Below are positions 32,987-43,327 of a stretch of 64,000 nt of DNA, piece after piece. Each line of letters opens with the position of its first letter. The stretch's first letter is position 1. A model generated the notes under the pieces. The model did not search any database. It saw only the letters and a list, made by a program, of their open reading frames with translations, and had not been told where the DNA came from. A program made the position numbers and the translations under genes. The stretch is taken from positions 2,368,001 through 2,432,000 of the forward strand of contig OY781964.1 in assembly GCA_963677485.1 (NCBI GenBank), in the 5' to 3' direction. Source of the DNA: Armatimonadota bacterium (GTDB taxonomy: Bacteria > Armatimonadota > HRBIN16).

Positions 32987-34328
32987 AGAGTTGGTGCAGC
33001 ACTTTCACGCTGCGGGCCACATCGGTCTCCAGCACGAGAGCACTCAGGCTCATGTCGCTGTTCGCCGTTTGGATGACGTTGATTCCGTTGTTCATCAGTG
33101 TTTTTAAGAACGCTGCGGTGGAGCCCGGTTTCTGGGTGATGGTGCGTCCAATGACGCTGACCAGCACGCAGTTCTCGGTCACGCTGATCTCCACTTCGCG
33201 CACATTGCTCATGGCATCGCCGTGCTGCAACAGATCAGACTGGGTTTTATAGGTCAGGCTGCCTTCAGCACCAACACGAAGCAGCAGCAGCTCATCACTT
33301 CCGCCACCGACGGGCATGATCAGCCCATCAAGCAGGCTGCGTACCAGGCTGAACTTCTCGCGGGGCACTGCAAACGCAAGTGCATCGGGAGTGTAGCAGT
33401 TCAAGTAAATCGGTGTTTTTGCCTGGGTGAGGATGCGGTAGATTCCGGCTTCCACCAGCGGCTTCTGAGGGATGGCCCCAATTTTGAAGCGCAGATAGAC
33501 GATCGTGCCGGAGGTATGGGTGATGCCGGTGATCTCAGGCCGCTCAACACCCTCAAGCCCCTCTGGCGTGGTGACCAGTGTGCCGGCTTCGTCAGTGTAT
33601 GTGCTTTTGACCCACAGAGGTATGCTGTGCTGCATTGCGATTTCCGCCGCACGGGGGTGCAGAACTTTGGCACCCTGGTGGGCGATCTCCGCCACTTCCT
33701 GGTAGCTGATGGCAGGCAGGGTGATGGCACCTTTAACTACCGAGGGGTCTGCAGTCATCACGCCGTTCACATCAGTGAAAATCTCCACCTTCGCCGCACG
33801 CAGAGCGGCTCCAACGGCGCTGGCTGTGGTGTCGCTGCCGCCGCGTCCAAGGGTTGTGACATCGCCATGAATACCGTCAACCTGTTCTGCCGTGCCCTGG
33901 AACCCACAAACCACCACGATCTTGCCCTGCTCCAGATGGCGCATGATAGGCGCGGCATCTACACGCAGGATACGCGCATTGCCATACTCGTTGTCGGTGA
34001 CAATACCCGCCTGGCCGCCGGTCAGAGCCACGGCATCATATCCCATGCACTTGAGAGTGTGAGCCATGATGGCTGTGCTGATGATTTCACCACAGGCCAG
34101 CATCAGGTCCATCTCACGTGTGTTGGGGGCCACTGAGGGGTCGATTGTTTTTAGCATGTCCGCCAGGGTGTCGGTGGCATATGGTGCGCCGCGGCGTCCA
34201 ATGGCACTGACCACCACTACGGGCGAATATCCCGCCTCTTTGGCCGCAATCACTTTATTGGCAGCGAGTGCGCGGTGCTCAGGACTGTTGACAGAGGTCC
34301 CGCCAAACTTTTGAACTACAATTTTCAA
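32967..34328 (-). CDS. Aspartate kinase (DapG/AK-I like)
   Basis: VQKFGGTS, VVSAIG, TTLGRGGSDTTA, DVNGVMTADP, GAKVLHPRA. Confidence 0.95.
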   Translation of the reverse strand: MKIVVQKFGGTSVNSPEHRALAANKVIAAKEAGYSPVVVVSAIGRRGAPYATDTLADMLKTIDPSVAPNTREMDLMLACGEIISTAIMAHTLKCMGYDAVALTGGQAGIVTDNEYGNARILRVDAAPIMRHLEQGKIVVVCGFQGTAEQVDGIHGDVTTLGRGGSDTTASAVGAALRAAKVEIFTDVNGVMTADPSVVKGAITLPAISYQEVAEIAHQGAKVLHPRAAEIAMQHSIPLWVKSTYTDEAGTLVTTPEGLEGVERPEITGITHTSGTIVYLRFKIGAIPQKPLVEAGIYRILTQAKTPIYLNCYTPDALAFAVPREKFSLVRSLLDGLIMPVGGGSDELLLLRVGAEGSLTYKTQSDLLQHGDAMSNVREVEISVTENCVLVSVIGRTITQKPGSTAAFLKTLMNNGINVIQTANSDMSLSALVLETDVARSVKVLHQLYVAEQG

Positions 34329-34829
34329 CTACGCACCCTCCTCTACACCGAAGTGCTTGCGCAGCACCTGCGCGGCGAGTTCCGCTTGATCTTGAGGGAT
34401 CAGGCAACGCACGTTCGCGTAACTGTCGCCAACCTCAACAGTGGTGATGTTGTGGGCGATCAAGTTGTCGGCGATCTGTGACATCACGCCCCATAGTTCG
34501 CGCATGTTGCCCGCTGTGGTGGTCACCAGGCTTAAGTTTTCAGACACATTGACGTTGTATCCAGCCTCGGTTAACACCTTGATGCACAAGTCGGCCTGAT
34601 GCTGAGGGATAGCGAAGGTGATCCACTCATCGTGGATCTTGGTGAAGGAGATGATAATGTCGTGATTAGCGACGATCTCAAGGGCCTCGACTTGACGGGC
34701 CACACGGTCAGTGTCGCAAATGTTTTTCACACGGATATGTGCAAATAGAGGGGTTACCGTGACGCCGGTGACGCCTCGCTCCTGTTCTATGTGGTAACGG
34801 CAACAGGGGCCGTTAATCTCCGATGACAT
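34329..34829 (-). CDS. Stand-alone tandem ACT-domain protein resembling an aspartokinase regulatory region
   Basis: GVTGVT...SLVTTTAGNMRELWGVMSQI...GDSYANVRCLI...LRKHF; abuts the kinase start. Confidence 0.75.
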   Translation of the reverse strand: MSSEINGPCCRYHIEQERGVTGVTVTPLFAHIRVKNICDTDRVARQVEALEIVANHDIIISFTKIHDEWITFAIPQHQADLCIKVLTEAGYNVNVSENLSLVTTTAGNMRELWGVMSQIADNLIAHNITTVEVGDSYANVRCLIPQDQAELAAQVLRKHFGVEEGA

Positions 34830-34972
34830 GCAACCTCACCGTCCTGGTTATATAAATAGTAGGCTAATACGCCACTATAAGTATGCCAAAGCTGGGGACA
34901 ATTGACAATTTCGCGGTGGCTGTTACCTGATTTGGAGGAGACACGATGCGGCACCACGCGATAAACCAAGTT

Positions 34973-35190
34973 TATTACCCATAAATGCCATACGAGTTAA
35001 GGTGCCTCCGATTCCGCGACATAAATGTCTCGGCTGTTGATCAACAAGCCCGCAAAACCGGGCTGTGGAGCTCCTTGCCGATAAAGGTAACGTTAATGAA
35101 GACTGCTTCAGCAGGCTTGGTGATCAATAGCCGAGACATTTATGTCGCGGAATCAGACGCCATAGACCTGTTGTTTATTTACAGGTAACC
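34973..35190. mobile_element. Family C MITE-like element, full copy
   Basis: Imperfect outer IR TATTACCCATAAAT/ATTTACAGGTAAC; inner ~30-bp IR GATTCCGCGACATAAATGTCTCGGCT; inverted homolog at 40945-41160. Confidence 0.7.
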
Positions 35191-35199
35191 GGCTGACGC

Positions 35200-35235
35200 A
35201 AAAAACCGGCGCAGTTCTCTCGAATCTGCGCCGGT
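35200..35235 (-). terminator. Intrinsic terminator
   Basis: ACCGGCGCAG/CTGCGCCGGT stem followed by a T-run on the minus strand. Confidence 0.75.
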
Positions 35236-35267
35236 CACAACAGGCGAGGTGGCAGGAACTAACTCTG

Positions 35268-36344
35268 TTACTTCCAGGTCTCCAGCTTGCGAAGTACGGC
35301 TAGAGCGGTCTCATCATCGGGAACACCGCCAAGGCTCAGCCAGACGCCTTCAGGCTTCAGGTTGGCCATCAGAATATCCAAATCAGCAAGTTCGCCCAAA
35401 ATCTGGATACCCTTACCGGCAGCCTGACACTTTTGGTATACGGGCAGCCAGTCGATAGATCGGCCATTACCGGCACCATAAACCCACTGAATCGCATTCA
35501 ATTTCTCGATGGACAAAAGGCTGTCGAGGTGCCGCAACGCATTCGGCCCGTCAAGGTGATACAGGGTGGCATCCAGCCGGTTTGCTTCACGGGTGATGAT
35601 GGGAAGGAATATCTTATCCCACATCTTCTTAGAGATCATGCAACTGAAGTCGTCGCTGGTCATACACCACTTCACATTACTGACCACACCAGACCAGTTC
35701 ACGCAGGGCTGATCGGCCGCCCTCAACTTCGCATAGTGCCGCTCGAAGACATCGGTAATCACACCTTCGCAACGACCCAGTAGCCTCTGTACGGCTTCCG
35801 GCTCATCAATCAGGTCCATATTCAGGTTGGCTGGGTCTCGAAACGCGGCCACCATGTCTGCACCGGTGTGGATGTCGGTGACGCCCGAGTAGAAAATGCC
35901 TTTTCCGGCTTCCAGGAAAGCATCGGTCATCTCTTCAATCTTCTTGAAGTATAAGTTGTCAGGGCTGAACTGCAGCTTGTCAGCATCTGCCCAGTCAAGC
36001 AGGTTGGGGATGCTCCAGGAAGTTCCTTCGCCGAATTCCAGCTCACATCCCATATAGGCGGCGGTGATATCTGGACCAAGGTTAGGGTTGAAATTGGGCA
36101 ATGCCTCACCGTAGTAGTTGGTGTTCAACGCGCAGGCACGCATCAGGGCAGCTTGGTATTCGGCGTCCATCCAACGGTCGCGTGTTGTGGCCCACTGACG
36201 TGGTTCGGGCCAGGGGCACTCTAGTTTGGACTTACCCACCTGCATACTGACGACAGGCCGGTCTATGATTTCGCAGTTCCACCAGGCATCCTGGCGGGCT
36301 ATGCGCATCTCCCAATCTGGAATGCGCTCTAAAGGCATGGTCAT
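35268..36344 (-). CDS. Uroporphyrinogen decarboxylase/MtaA-CmuA-like TIM-barrel protein
   Basis: PNLGP, SDDFSCMIS, YHLDGP, IQWVYGAG. Confidence 0.7.
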   Translation of the reverse strand: MTMPLERIPDWEMRIARQDAWWNCEIIDRPVVSMQVGKSKLECPWPEPRQWATTRDRWMDAEYQAALMRACALNTNYYGEALPNFNPNLGPDITAAYMGCELEFGEGTSWSIPNLLDWADADKLQFSPDNLYFKKIEEMTDAFLEAGKGIFYSGVTDIHTGADMVAAFRDPANLNMDLIDEPEAVQRLLGRCEGVITDVFERHYAKLRAADQPCVNWSGVVSNVKWCMTSDDFSCMISKKMWDKIFLPIITREANRLDATLYHLDGPNALRHLDSLLSIEKLNAIQWVYGAGNGRSIDWLPVYQKCQAAGKGIQILGELADLDILMANLKPEGVWLSLGGVPDDETALAVLRKLETWK

Positions 36345-36533
36345 GGATAAATTACCTCGATTGTATAGTGCTGAATTTTACTTCGTATTTATTTCATGTA
36401 CGGTCAGGATATATGATCTCATTTACGGTATGGTGTTGGTCCCGATAATGGAATGTCTCACCTCAGATATAGCAGATGACAGAATGTCTGTTCCTCATAT
36501 GGCATGAAACAGTACAACAGCCCGTATTATACG

Positions 36534-37124
36534 TTAACTGCGTTTGGCGCGATACAACCGGAACTCGGGTTCGTTGATGGTCTCTATCGACACAAACCCG
36601 GTCTGTTCCAGCAACTCGCGCATCTGCGCGTCGCTGGGCAAGATGTGTTCAAACTCTATATGACAACACGGAGTTATGTTGTGGACCCGCTCCCAGCCGA
36701 CCGAGTGGCTCACGATGACCATTCCGCCGGGTGTCAGCATTCGGTAGATATTCGCCAGAGCCGCCGCCCGGTCACGAAGCTGGTGGATCACAGTGTGGCA
36801 GATGACGCGGTGATAACTGCCGTCGATGTGGTCAAGGTCATGGATATCTGCATCAAGCAGCCTCACGCAGGCCGGAAATCGCATCTCCATGGCAGTGCGC
36901 AAGGACTGGATCGACAGGTCAATGCCGCAGATGTGCCCCTGAGCCTGCATTCGCTCCAGCAGCGGGGGGATCAGGCTACCGGTGCCGGTACCTACATCCA
37001 GCACGTTCATGCCCGGCTCGATGCGCGCAAGCTGCACGACCCGCTGAAGTCTGTTTGTGGCATCTAAACTAACGCTTAACCGAGCCGAAAAGGCGTCTGA
37101 GAACAGTTTTTGTTCGATGGCCAC
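36534..37124 (-). CDS. Class I SAM-dependent methyltransferase
   Basis: VLDVGTGTG, LTPGG; GTG start at 37124 after AGGAG. Confidence 0.85.
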   Translation of the reverse strand: MAIEQKLFSDAFSARLSVSLDATNRLQRVVQLARIEPGMNVLDVGTGTGSLIPPLLERMQAQGHICGIDLSIQSLRTAMEMRFPACVRLLDADIHDLDHIDGSYHRVICHTVIHQLRDRAAALANIYRMLTPGGMVIVSHSVGWERVHNITPCCHIEFEHILPSDAQMRELLEQTGFVSIETINEPEFRLYRAKRS

Positions 37125-37251
37125 AGTCTTTCTCCTAAGCGTATTCGGTGCACAGTATACAATTGTACGTATCGGGGCGTGATTCCTTCTGGGTTGATAT
37201 GTGATTTGATTGGTTGTAATGTAGCAATGGAACAGGACAGGAGATATAAAG

Positions 37252-37995
37252 TTGCCTAAAGAGCCATTTACCATGGATTTCGCGGTGCATTACTACGAGG
37301 TAGACCGCTTTGAACGCAGTAACCCGCTTTCGATTTTAGATTACCTTCAAGAGATAGCTACCCTTCATGCCTATGATTTGGGCTTTGGGTTTGACCATAT
37401 AATCAAAGAGAACAAGGCCTGGGTGATCAACCGATGGTCACTTCAGATGGACCGCTACCCCAAATTCCGTGACACCATTACCATCCAAACCTGGCCCAGC
37501 AGCTTAGAGAAGGTGATCGGCACGCGTGAATTTCGGATTTTGGACGCTCAGAAGCAGCAGATCGGCTGCGCCACCTCACGATGGGCTTATATCGACCTGG
37601 CGCGGCGCCGACCCACTCGAGCACCCATCAAAGACGAATACATGGCGTATCGTAACCCCCTAAGGATGATCGATGACCCCTTCAACGAAATCCCAAAACC
37701 GGTGACGGCTGGCATTCGAAAAGACGTGACCGTGCATCGCTTTGACATGGATTCGCTGGAGCATGTGAACAATGTACGTTACCTGCAGTGGATGCTGGAG
37801 ACGGTGCCCGATGATCTGCTGGATAACTATGAGATGGCCACGCTGGAGATCATCTACCGTAAAGAGACGGGCTTAGGTGAAGTGGTGCATGTGCAGACCG
37901 AACCGCTGCTGAACGGCAGTTGCCTGCATCTGCTCAGCGATACCAGCGGAGCAGATGTCACCATCGCGCGCACCACCTGGCGCAAGTGGCGGTAG
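37252..37995 (+). CDS. Acyl-ACP thioesterase
   Basis: YLQEIA..H, DMDSLEHVNNVRYLQW, double hot-dog length. Confidence 0.9.
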   Translation: MPKEPFTMDFAVHYYEVDRFERSNPLSILDYLQEIATLHAYDLGFGFDHIIKENKAWVINRWSLQMDRYPKFRDTITIQTWPSSLEKVIGTREFRILDAQKQQIGCATSRWAYIDLARRRPTRAPIKDEYMAYRNPLRMIDDPFNEIPKPVTAGIRKDVTVHRFDMDSLEHVNNVRYLQWMLETVPDDLLDNYEMATLEIIYRKETGLGEVVHVQTEPLLNGSCLHLLSDTSGADVTIARTTWRKWR

Positions 37996-38039
37996 CGGAG
38001 AGCCACCCACTTTGTATACCTGGTAGATTCGCCCCCCTA

Positions 38040-38101
38040 TTCCGCGACATTTATGTCGCGGAATTGGCGATCTACTGATTATGCGATATTTATGGTTAAT
38101 A
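38040..38101. repeat. Family C half element
   Basis: TTCCGCGACATTTATGTCGCGGAA palindrome plus ATTTATGGTTAATA end motif. Confidence 0.65.
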
Positions 38102-38140
38102 GTTGAGGGTTTGGCACCCCCACACCGTGACTTCCATATC

Positions 38141-38174
38141 CCATACAGGGCGGCCGGGTGGCCGCCCTGTATGG
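38141..38174. terminator. Strong hairpin between convergent genes
   Basis: CCATACAGGGCGGCC/GGCCGCCCTGTATGG perfect stem; no clear T-tract. Confidence 0.5.
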
Positions 38175-38177
38175 TGG

Positions 38178-40712
38178 CTATTTAGTCGGTTTGACCACTT
38201 TGTAGCGGACGATCAGGCTCTGCCCCTTGGCGGGAATACGCAGCTCCAGACCGTTTGAGATGAGCTGCTTGCCGCTCACGGTTTTGGTCGTTGACTTGCG
38301 ATCCTCATCTAAGAACTCCAGCTTATAGTTGGCTTTAGGGTCTATTGTATTGAGTTCCACAATCAGCCCCATAGTCGCGCACTCTGGACGGCGGAACGCC
38401 GCCACCATGCCTTCACCGGTGTCAGGCCGATGCAACTGGTAAGCGAAGAACTCCGACAGCGAACTGCCGACGTTGGTCAGCGGGTAGATGTCACCGTAGA
38501 AATACTTTCGGTTAGCGGCCACCTCGGCCAGCAACTGTTGTGCGACCTTCAGCGAGTAAGCAGGGTCAAGGTATGCCATTTCGGTCAGCACGCCGGTAGA
38601 GGCAGAGCTGCGGAAGGTATAGGAATCGGGTGTCCAGGCTGCCGATGAGCTCAGGGGCACATACTGCGATAGAGCCACCATCTGCATCTGGTTCCACTCC
38701 TGGTGACCAGCCCAGCAGTTGGTGTCGCTGCGCCACAAAGGCACGGAACGCATACAGGTCTCAAGGTCGATGCGTCGGCCGCCGCTGGCGCAGTTGTCGA
38801 TCCACAGACCAGGATGTTTCGCCCGCAGCTCATCCCACATGGCGTAATGGCCTTCCACGAACCGGATTTCGGATATCCCTTGCCGGTCTTCTGCGTCAGC
38901 ACCGCGCCAGGCGGCCAGCGGGTCAATGTTGTAGTCCTCGCGATACACAGTCACACCGGATTCGCTGATCCGCTGCGACAGTAAGTCAGTCATGTGCCGG
39001 AGTGCTTTGGGATTACCCAAGTTATACAAGCCGCCGTTGGTGCCCCCGAATACGTAATCCGGGTGCTCGTTGGCAATTTGCGTGCCGGCCGCCACTCGGC
39101 AAGGCTCAAACCATAGTATGAAGTCCATGTCGTTCTTTTGGCACAACGCACCGATGGAAGTCAAACCATTCGGAAATTCTTTTGGCTTGTAGAACCAGTT
39201 GCCTGCTCCGTTGGGGAAGCCGCCAACAAACCATCCGGCATCAAACCAGTAGGTATCACAGCCCATTTTATGCGCAGCTTCCACAGCTTTTAGCTGACCC
39301 GCTTCGGTGGCCCAGCCTGGGGCGTTGATGTATCGGTCGAAGTCCTGCAGGCAGATGGGCATTCTCAGCGGTCTGCCTTGTTCCTGCGGCACGTATTTGT
39401 GTAGCATCAGCCTTCGGAACAGGTTCTGCGAGGCCTGTATGTCACCTTCCCAGCTCATCATCAGCACCCTCGGGGTGCGGATCGACTCACCAGGATACAA
39501 CACCAGATGGGTCTTCTCCATTCCGGTGCGGAACTGGGTGCTGCCGTTTGGCTGCCGATTGTAGGACGCTGACCACTGCCCAGACCAGCCTATCGCGGTG
39601 ATGATCCCGCGGCTTTCATACTGCATATTCCAGAACGGGAAGGCGGTATCCTGCGATGGACGTCCTCCGGTTGGGGCCATTGTGATGCTTTGGCCATCAG
39701 CCAGGGTGGTTTCGTAGGGCTGCCAGGTCTTTTCACTGCAGGTGTCACCGCGCAACTGATGCAGTGTCAGCGGCGACCGGACGGTTTGGGTGTTGATCTT
39801 CACATCGACCGCTTGAACATCCGCTATGATGGGGGTGTTGGCGGTGCCTTCATTGGTGAAGCGGATCAGCCACTCTACCGCCGGATACTCATTAAACGAC
39901 GTGGCGAGTGCGGTTACTTTCAGACCAGTCTGTGGATCGGCATAACTGGTTTCAAATAATACGCGGTCGGTTTTGACTGTCTTCGTGACCGTGCGCACCC
40001 ATTTGGGCAGCAGATCGGCAGAGGGCTGTCCGCCATAGGTGAAAGAGAACGGGAAGGCGGTTTCAGCCAGCAGGGAGTTGTTGACATAGTCATCCAGATA
40101 CCTCACGCTGCCATCGGCCATGATCAGCGAAGCGTCGGCCCAATCGGACTGGTCATATGCAATGCCGTCCTCGGTGGCGTCCACTTTCAGAACCAGCTCG
40201 CGGGTGCCATCGGGCAGTTTGATATCTACTGGTGCCGGTGCATCACCGCACTTCAGCACATCGGTGCGCATCACCTCTTTACCGGCAATCTCAACCGTAA
40301 ATCTGGCGGTACCATGGATGCCCGCCGTATCGTAGTTATTGTCGATACCGGCATAAGCTTTGAATTTCTTCACTCCAGCAGGCAGGCTGACCACGATCTC
40401 GCTGTTAGCGTGCGTGCCCAGACCGCGCTTGAACTGCTTCTGCCCGATTTTAATGGGTGTGCCCATACACGACTGCCGTGCATGAAGCGTGTTGGCATCC
40501 TGGCGTTTCACATCAATGCGCACATCGCTGGTCTTGATCGCACTCGGGTTGTCAAACAGCGTCTGGGCCCACTGCTGCATGTGCTCTACCTCAATAGGTT
40601 TTGCGCTGATCGCGTCTTGCGGGGCCTGTTTCGGGATAAACTTGTTGTCCATAGACCATCCTCCAACCTGACATAGTGTGATCAGGCTGCATATCATTGC
40701 GAAATGTTTCAT
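38178..40712 (-). CDS. GH36 alpha-galactosidase with NPCBM domain
   Basis: GLGTHANS (NPCBM), WFDAGW, WFEP, REDYN, IDNCASGGRRIDLE, WRSD. Confidence 0.9.
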   Translation of the reverse strand: MKHFAMICSLITLCQVGGWSMDNKFIPKQAPQDAISAKPIEVEHMQQWAQTLFDNPSAIKTSDVRIDVKRQDANTLHARQSCMGTPIKIGQKQFKRGLGTHANSEIVVSLPAGVKKFKAYAGIDNNYDTAGIHGTARFTVEIAGKEVMRTDVLKCGDAPAPVDIKLPDGTRELVLKVDATEDGIAYDQSDWADASLIMADGSVRYLDDYVNNSLLAETAFPFSFTYGGQPSADLLPKWVRTVTKTVKTDRVLFETSYADPQTGLKVTALATSFNEYPAVEWLIRFTNEGTANTPIIADVQAVDVKINTQTVRSPLTLHQLRGDTCSEKTWQPYETTLADGQSITMAPTGGRPSQDTAFPFWNMQYESRGIITAIGWSGQWSASYNRQPNGSTQFRTGMEKTHLVLYPGESIRTPRVLMMSWEGDIQASQNLFRRLMLHKYVPQEQGRPLRMPICLQDFDRYINAPGWATEAGQLKAVEAAHKMGCDTYWFDAGWFVGGFPNGAGNWFYKPKEFPNGLTSIGALCQKNDMDFILWFEPCRVAAGTQIANEHPDYVFGGTNGGLYNLGNPKALRHMTDLLSQRISESGVTVYREDYNIDPLAAWRGADAEDRQGISEIRFVEGHYAMWDELRAKHPGLWIDNCASGGRRIDLETCMRSVPLWRSDTNCWAGHQEWNQMQMVALSQYVPLSSSAAWTPDSYTFRSSASTGVLTEMAYLDPAYSLKVAQQLLAEVAANRKYFYGDIYPLTNVGSSLSEFFAYQLHRPDTGEGMVAAFRRPECATMGLIVELNTIDPKANYKLEFLDEDRKSTTKTVSGKQLISNGLELRIPAKGQSLIVRYKVVKPTK

Positions 40713-40944
40713 TGGTTCACCTTGGTTACGGCATTGATTGCCAAATGGATAGATTAGTCACAATCGATAGATGTGATAACTGAATAATAGCACCATCTGA
40801 CTGTGATGACAAACAATGCTAGTGTTCCCTCGATACCGTCATATTTCCTGCATATAGGAATGTTAACTAGTAAGTAACTAGGTTGGCTATGTCCGGGGCG
40901 GTCTGTCAGTAGGCTTGTGGAGGCCACTGTTTATAGACCGCGCT

Positions 40945-41160
40945 GTTACCCGCAAATATCGCATGGCCAGTAGGTCACCGATTCCGCGACATAAATGTCT
41001 CGGCTATTGAACACCAAGACTGCTGAAGCAGTCTTCATTAACGTTATCTTTGTCGGCAAGGAGCTCTGCAGCCCGGTTTAGCGGGCTTGTTGATCAATAG
41101 CCGAGACATTTATGTCGCGGCACATGGTCGATACGATCCCAACTGGATTTGTGGGTAATA
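40945..41160. mobile_element. Family C MITE-like element, inverted copy nested among family B repeats (40887-41293)
   Basis: TGTTACCCGCAAAT/ATTTGTGGGTAATA ends; core is the reverse complement of 35007-35155. Confidence 0.7.
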
Positions 41161-41466
41161 GACTGGTCTATAGACCGCGCCGGTCTAGTTCCTGACACAA
41201 ATCTATTCGGGCTATCCGCCTAACCCGCGCGGTCTCGAGCCTTCTGCATCCGCTAGCCTGCGCACAGACCGCCCCGGACATAGGCAACGCTTGACCGTTA
41301 AAGAGGCGAACAGCCATTCGCATATCACCTATCGCCTCAGTGTGACGCGCGAGTTACAACATGGGCAGCCGTGACCGCAAGTGCAGGCGATTGGGCCTAT
41401 ATGGGCGACGTGGGGTTATTTCAGGTATTCTTATATCAAAGCCCGTCAACTTGGAGGCCCGCATCT

Positions 41467-42288
41467 ATGATCTGCTTAACTGGCGACCTTCATCACCAAT
41501 CGCTCTGCACCGGCAATCAGCAGGCTTGCGACATCACCGAAATAGAGGTCGCTCAGCGGTATAACGCGATGATCGCGGAACTCGGCATTAAGGTCACTTA
41601 CTTCGTTTCCGGCAAGAGCTTTCAGGACCAATGGTCTGAACTTGAGCCGATATGCAAAAGCCACAATGTGGAGATCGGCGGTCATAACTGGGCCTGCTTC
41701 AAGCCTGCCCTGCCGCACCGCATCTGGAAGAAGCTGACCGGCAGCTACAATGGCCCCCTGAAAACCCAGCAAGCCGATGCACAGCGCACGATGGAGATCA
41801 TCAAGCAAAAGACCGGCCGCGATGTGGTCTGCTGGCGTAACCATATGTACATGCATGGCCCCTTCACTGAGCAAGCGCTTTACAATGCGGGCATCAAGGT
41901 GTGCAGCGATGGCGTGAAATCCGCCTCCACGGGTGGGGAATGGCACGAAACCGGACTGTTGAGCCTGCCGCTGAACATCCTGCCGGACCACGAACACCTC
42001 TACCATGCCGAACGAACCCCCGCATGGGTGAAGTGGTGGCAGAAGCGGTACAACTGGAGCGATGACTTCGGCCCTCAGAGCTACTATGTGGAAGAGTGGA
42101 CGGACATCGTGCTGCAGCAGCTTGCCGACCATGAGCGCAAGGGGACCATGAGCACCTTGATAATCCATCCCATCACCCTATACCTGTGCGATGGCTTCCG
42201 CAGCTTCCAGAGGATTTTGAGTTATCTGGCGGATCATGAGACCGTCTGGATGAGCGAAGTTTACCAGAAAGCGTTGGTGAAGCCATGA
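41467..42288 (+). CDS. Polysaccharide deacetylase (NodB-like)
   Basis: CLTGDLHH, TYFVSG, EIGGHN, IIHP; GGAGG RBS before ATG 41467. Confidence 0.75.
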   Translation: MICLTGDLHHQSLCTGNQQACDITEIEVAQRYNAMIAELGIKVTYFVSGKSFQDQWSELEPICKSHNVEIGGHNWACFKPALPHRIWKKLTGSYNGPLKTQQADAQRTMEIIKQKTGRDVVCWRNHMYMHGPFTEQALYNAGIKVCSDGVKSASTGGEWHETGLLSLPLNILPDHEHLYHAERTPAWVKWWQKRYNWSDDFGPQSYYVEEWTDIVLQQLADHERKGTMSTLIIHPITLYLCDGFRSFQRILSYLADHETVWMSEVYQKALVKP

Positions 42289-43178
42289 GCGCGCGGGTGA
42301 GTATTATCATGCGCAGCAAGAACAGCGCGTGGGTCATTGACCAGGCATTGAAGGCACTCTATAGTCAGGAATACCGCGATTTTGAGCTGTATGTGGTGGA
42401 CAGTGGCTCCACTGACAATACGCTGGAGATGGTCAAAGCCTACCCATGCCATCTGCGCAGCATCGAGGCGAAGAGCTACTATCCTGGCGCGGTGTTGAAT
42501 GAGGCGATTGAGCTCACTCCGGGAGAGCTAGTGGTGTTTGTGAACTCCGATGCAGTGCTGCTCAGCCCGAAGAGTCTCACGCGGCTGGTGGCGGCGTTTA
42601 ATGATCCTGCCGTGATGGCGGCGTTTGGTCGGCAGCTCTACCGTCCAGAGGCTGACGGTTGGGTGAAGCGCGACTACGTGGCCAGTTTCCCGGAGGAGGG
42701 TGAAGCCCCGCCTTGGATGAAGATGAGTCTACCCTTCGCGGCCATGCGCCGCAGCGCCTGGGATAAATTGAAGTTCTACACCGATGCCTGGGGCAGCGAA
42801 GATACCGACTGGGGCAACAAAGCGCGCGAAAACGGTTGGAAAGTGGCTTATGTGTCCGATGCGATTTTGATGCACAGTCACAACTACACGCTGAAGCAGT
42901 TATACGGCCGCCGGTTTATTGAGGGCGAGGCCGACGCTTTTATTTATCGTGATAGTGACAACCTGCCCAAAATGCTCAAGCGGGTGATTAGCTCATGTCT
43001 TCGCGACGGCTGGCACCATCTGCGGACGTGTGATGTGGGCGGTATGATGGCCATCGTGCCCCGTCGCAGCGTCTACCAGTGGGCCTATTACAAGGGGCAT
43101 CGACTGGGTGAAACCCGCATCCGCGAGAACGACACCGACACCAGCAAAGGCCAGGGCGTGGTCCTCGACCGGCAGTAG
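42285..43178 (+). CDS. GT2 glycosyltransferase
   Basis: VSIIM, VDSGSTD, NSD, SED, HSH; ATGA overlap. Confidence 0.9.
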   Translation: MSARVSIIMRSKNSAWVIDQALKALYSQEYRDFELYVVDSGSTDNTLEMVKAYPCHLRSIEAKSYYPGAVLNEAIELTPGELVVFVNSDAVLLSPKSLTRLVAAFNDPAVMAAFGRQLYRPEADGWVKRDYVASFPEEGEAPPWMKMSLPFAAMRRSAWDKLKFYTDAWGSEDTDWGNKARENGWKVAYVSDAILMHSHNYTLKQLYGRRFIEGEADAFIYRDSDNLPKMLKRVISSCLRDGWHHLRTCDVGGMMAIVPRRSVYQWAYYKGHRLGETRIRENDTDTSKGQGVVLDRQ

Positions 43179-43196
43179 CGGCGATTCTGTTGTGAT

Positions 43197-43327
43197 CCTG
43201 GGAACGCCAATCTCCCGATTGGCCTCCCGCCTGGTGAAGGTAAGCCTCCCATCGGTCAGATCGGTCGAATCCGTCCGATGGGGCATACCTCATACAGCGC
43301 ATATGGGACCAAGACCGGCGCGGTTAG
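43197..43327. repeat. Left part of composite repeat interrupted by the mobile element
   Basis: Colinear with 48243-48374. Confidence 0.8.

Noticed and set aside
40757-40800. CRP-like site upstream of GH36
   Set aside because: TCACA and TGTGA half-sites are in the wrong order and spacing
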